The translations under genes were made by a program, and so were the position numbers. A stretch of 63,822 nucleotides of DNA, filler included, from Licmophora abbreviata (Eukaryota), in the NCBI GenBank assembly GCA_900291995.1. It is 8 parts of 8 records of this genome, joined end to end, with 100 filler letters (N's around TTAATTAATTAA, not from the genome) between each part and the next. Parts side by side here need not be neighbours in the genome. Positions count along the whole stretch, not along the records: positions 60,699 to 62,561 come from OLMU01004366.1; positions 62,662 to 63,822 come from OLMU01004377.1; 6 more parts are not named here. The stretch is one strand, 5' to 3'. This document shows positions 60,836 through 63,822 of the stretch, in pieces; the first letter of the stretch is position 1; each line of letters starts with the position of its first letter. The notes under the pieces are model-generated. The model was not told where the DNA came from. It was given only the letters and a program-made list of their open reading frames with translations, and ran no database searches.

Positions 60836-62561
60836 ATGGCAGACTCGGAGGAGGGAGACTCATCTTTCTTTATGCCTCGAGACGACGAAGAACCGAACAA
60901 GTCTCGTTCCAGTTTGTGTCAACAAGCCATCATGGGAGACTCATCGTCCTCTACTAGTAAATTGTACGAGTACTTGTTTCAAGACGAGGACGACGATACT
61001 GCTGCTGCTGCTGAATTGACACATCCGCCATCCATCGTTGCCACATCGCACGGTGGAGACGACGATGATTTTGATACCTTTCTGTCTCCTTCTGTCACAC
61101 AATTGCAGCAGCGACTCTATCAAACACAAGACACTGTGCGACATCAGCAACGCCACATTCAGAATTTGGAGCGACACTATCGTCGAAACTTGCAGCAGCA
61201 GCAGCATACTGCTGTCGGAAATTCCATTTATAACGACAGAAATAGCAGCACGCCCAATTTTATCGGCTCTTCTTCGTCTTCTACTCCGTCGTCCGTCATG
61301 ACTACGGACGCCTCGCGACGATTCCTGGATGTCGTTCAGGACATGAAGGCCAAACATGCCATGGAACTCGACGAGTGGAAACGAAGACATGTGCAGCAGT
61401 CAGAAAAATGCAACGCAGAACTACAACGCAAAGACCAGCAAGTCGCAGAATGGCGAGGACAGCTCGAGCGTCAAGTGGAGTCTCTGGGACAGGAGCTTGT
61501 ATCTGCACAAACAGCCAACGAGACCGCCGTGCGCGACGCGTCGGGCCGTCTCGATCAATGCCAAGACGAATTAAAACGGCGTACAAAAGAAGTCACTGAC
61601 GCGGCGGAGTCATTGCAGGAATCGAAATTGCACGTTGACGCCTTGACAAATCAGCTCGAGCAATGTCAGTCGGAACTGCAGGCATGTCGAGAAGGTCTCG
61701 TGACGGAACGCACCTTGAGCGAGTCGGTGCAAACGAGTCTCAAAGAGCAGCTCGACCAGTGTCAGAAAGAACTGTTGTCGACCAAGGAGACTCTTACGTT
61801 AAAAGAGGATGATTTGATGGTGTCAAAATGTCAGGCGGAAAAACAGCTGGAAGAATGTCAACTAGAACTGTTGGAATGTCGTGAGAGCTTGTCAGCCAGG
61901 GACGATGCAGCGGTAATTACCAGAGAAGAGCGAAATCAGTTTGCCAACGAGCTAGAGGCGTGTCAGCGTGACTTGCAAGCTCGTGGGGAAGAGCTCACAG
62001 CGGAGAAAATTCAGGTGGTGTCACTCAAGAAAGGTCTCGACGCTGCCGAATGCGCCTACGAAAATGCCCGAAATGAATACGAGCTTGTGCAGAGCCAGTT
62101 AAACGACGAACACGAGCATCGTGTGAAGGTAGAAGAAGAACATCGGAATCTGGAGAGTTCTCTTGTAGAAATGCAAGCGAAGCTCAATGCTAGAGAGCAG
62201 GAGCTGCCGACAAGAAAGCGCCGGTGTCGCGTCAAATTGTTGTCGCACGAAAAGAGGACCACAATGGTCAATCTTCCGATGATCACGAAGAGAAGGATTT
62301 GGGATCTGGATCGCTACTTTGTGTGCGCGACTACGGGGAAGATGATGCGACGACCGTGATTACGCCATGTTCCACTCACAGTAGTTCGCTCGTGCATCAT
62401 AGTCTTGAGCTGGGGTCTAGCCTGATGGGCCTCATTCGTACCCCCGAGGGTGACCAAGATAAAACCAACAAGGTAGAACAAGAAACGACGGCTCTGCAGC
62501 AGCTTGAGGCGATGTCTGACTTTCTTGATCGTGTGGATGTACGCGAGCTTCTAGACGAACA
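60836..62561 (+). CDS. Coiled-coil protein with QLExCQxEL repeats; frameshift near 62206, 3' truncated
   Basis: ORFs 60836..62359 and 62224..62613 overlap; heptad pattern with five LxxCQxxL units. Confidence 0.7.
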
Positions 62562-62661
62562 NNNNNNNNNNNNNNNNNNNNNNNNNNNNNNNNNNNNNNN
62601 NNNNNTTAATTAATTAANNNNNNNNNNNNNNNNNNNNNNNNNNNNNNNNNNNNNNNNNNNN
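62562..62661. other. Artificial assembly spacer
   Basis: N44-TTAATTAATTAA-N44. Confidence 0.98.
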
Positions 62662-62909
62662 ATGGGCTTGGTTCCGGGGAGTTTGCTGTCCAGGAATCCG
62701 TAGAAATAGTGTCCCGTGGTTCCGTGCAGAAGGAATCCGAAGGAACCGAGACGAATGGTACGACCGATATCGTACGGCTTGTCGCTGTCCTCGATAAAGG
62801 ACTGCGCCAAAATGTCACCCACGGTAAAACCAGTGAGAGACGTCAAGGCCTTGGTAAGGAGGGGCTGTGCCTCCAGGAGAGCATTGTATTTTGTCCAAAT
62901 TACCGACAT
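62662..62909 (-). CDS. Mpv17/PMP22 family membrane protein, 5' fragment
   Basis: YNALLEAQPLLTKALTS..GDILAQ..YDIGRTIRL..FG..HYFYGFLD family signature. Confidence 0.92.
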
Positions 62910-63822
62910 GTCGTATCAGTGCTATTGTAGAAGTGAGTAGAAATCGCTATAAGAAGCAAGTCGAACGATAAGGTGATGAGTTAGTCAACACTAATGTAGC
63001 AGAAGAGGTGCGCGATCGAACCTTGAAACAAATGTCGGCTTTCCGTAATTGTGTCATGGATCACATGAAAAACATCCAGACATACTCAAAATGGAAGCAC
63101 GAGTTACTTTGGCGCTCCTTTGTAAGAGTGGCCATCACGTGGCCTTGACAATCGAAAATCACCGGCAGTTCACGGGAACGATTCGAACCTCGTCTAGCTT
63201 TTTAAACCTAGAGTGGCTCAAGAACCGAATTGAGCGATCCACGCAGTGAACGAACGTCAAGACCGGACGGACCTCTGTCGCAAATAGAAACGCAGAAAAA
63301 AATCTTCTCTATCTCTGGAGGGTGTTCCGAAAGCTGGCTGAAACGAGGCGACACTCTCCACTTGAGCAGGTGGTACAGTAAATGGCATTGGAGCGAGTCT
63401 GTGTATCATGCGACCAGGATGGCAGAGTTCAAGGTGCCAGGTCCAGAAGACGTAGCTGCATTTGGCCTTTCCTACTACAAATGGTGCAATGCGAATCGCA
63501 CTGGGCTTCCATGTGATATCTCTGTAAGGGTACGTAGATCCCCCAGATTCCCAAACGCCTCGCTCACGCTGACATTGCCCGGATGACCCTCTCGTCCTGT
63601 GGCATTTTGTTGTCCATCTTTCTCACGTTGAGCTTTCAGTGACGATTACAAAATATGATAGTACCAGGTTCCACGTAGATTGTACAAGGACGCAAAAATA
63701 AACTCGAAACGACCAGGCCATCACAGTCTCATGTTTCTTCTCAGATTTTACTGCTGATTTCACTCCTTTCGTACACGCTGTACTGATCCAGAGAGCACAT
63801 CGTCCCCACCACGATCGCAAAG

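Noticed and set aside
63230..63822. Possible small gene at the window end (MAEFKVPGPEDV...)
   Set aside because: There is a plausible GT donor but no convincing in-frame YAG acceptor or recognisable domain, so support is too weak.
1..63822. CRISPR arrays, rRNA, tRNA, transposase or reverse transcriptase genes
   Set aside because: None recognised by eye; a covariance-model scan would be needed to exclude small RNAs.

Overview
Eukaryotic nuclear DNA, very probably a diatom. It has short GT-AG introns, compact intergenic spacers, bipartite plastid-targeting-like presequences and RxL-motif secretory proteins. The window is eight sequence pieces joined by artificial N44-TTAATTAATTAA-N44 spacers, so adjacency across spacers is not guaranteed. 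About 30 protein-coding genes can be supported, including ETFDH, COX19, UPF1, a KDM5-like JmjC demethylase, a large Sec7 ARF-GEF, SNIP1, VTC1-like, Mpv17, an M50 protease, a cyclophilin, and ACBP, LRR, ankyrin and TPR proteins. Six genes carry single-base frameshifts that look like assembly indel errors. Most interesting: (1) an intronless microbial-type class I terpene synthase whose catalytic motifs are circularly permuted (NSE motif and WxxxxxRY come before DDxxE), with a plastid-like presequence; (2) a secreted SET + aminopropyltransferase + degenerate AdoMetDC fusion, a candidate long-chain polyamine synthase; (3) a head-to-head pair of silicanin-like type I membrane proteins sharing an NRxLGSGD motif; (4) a candidate beta-barrel channel of the complex plastid; (5) two proteins built from repeats I cannot assign to a known family. 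All calls come from reading motifs by eye; no database searches were run.
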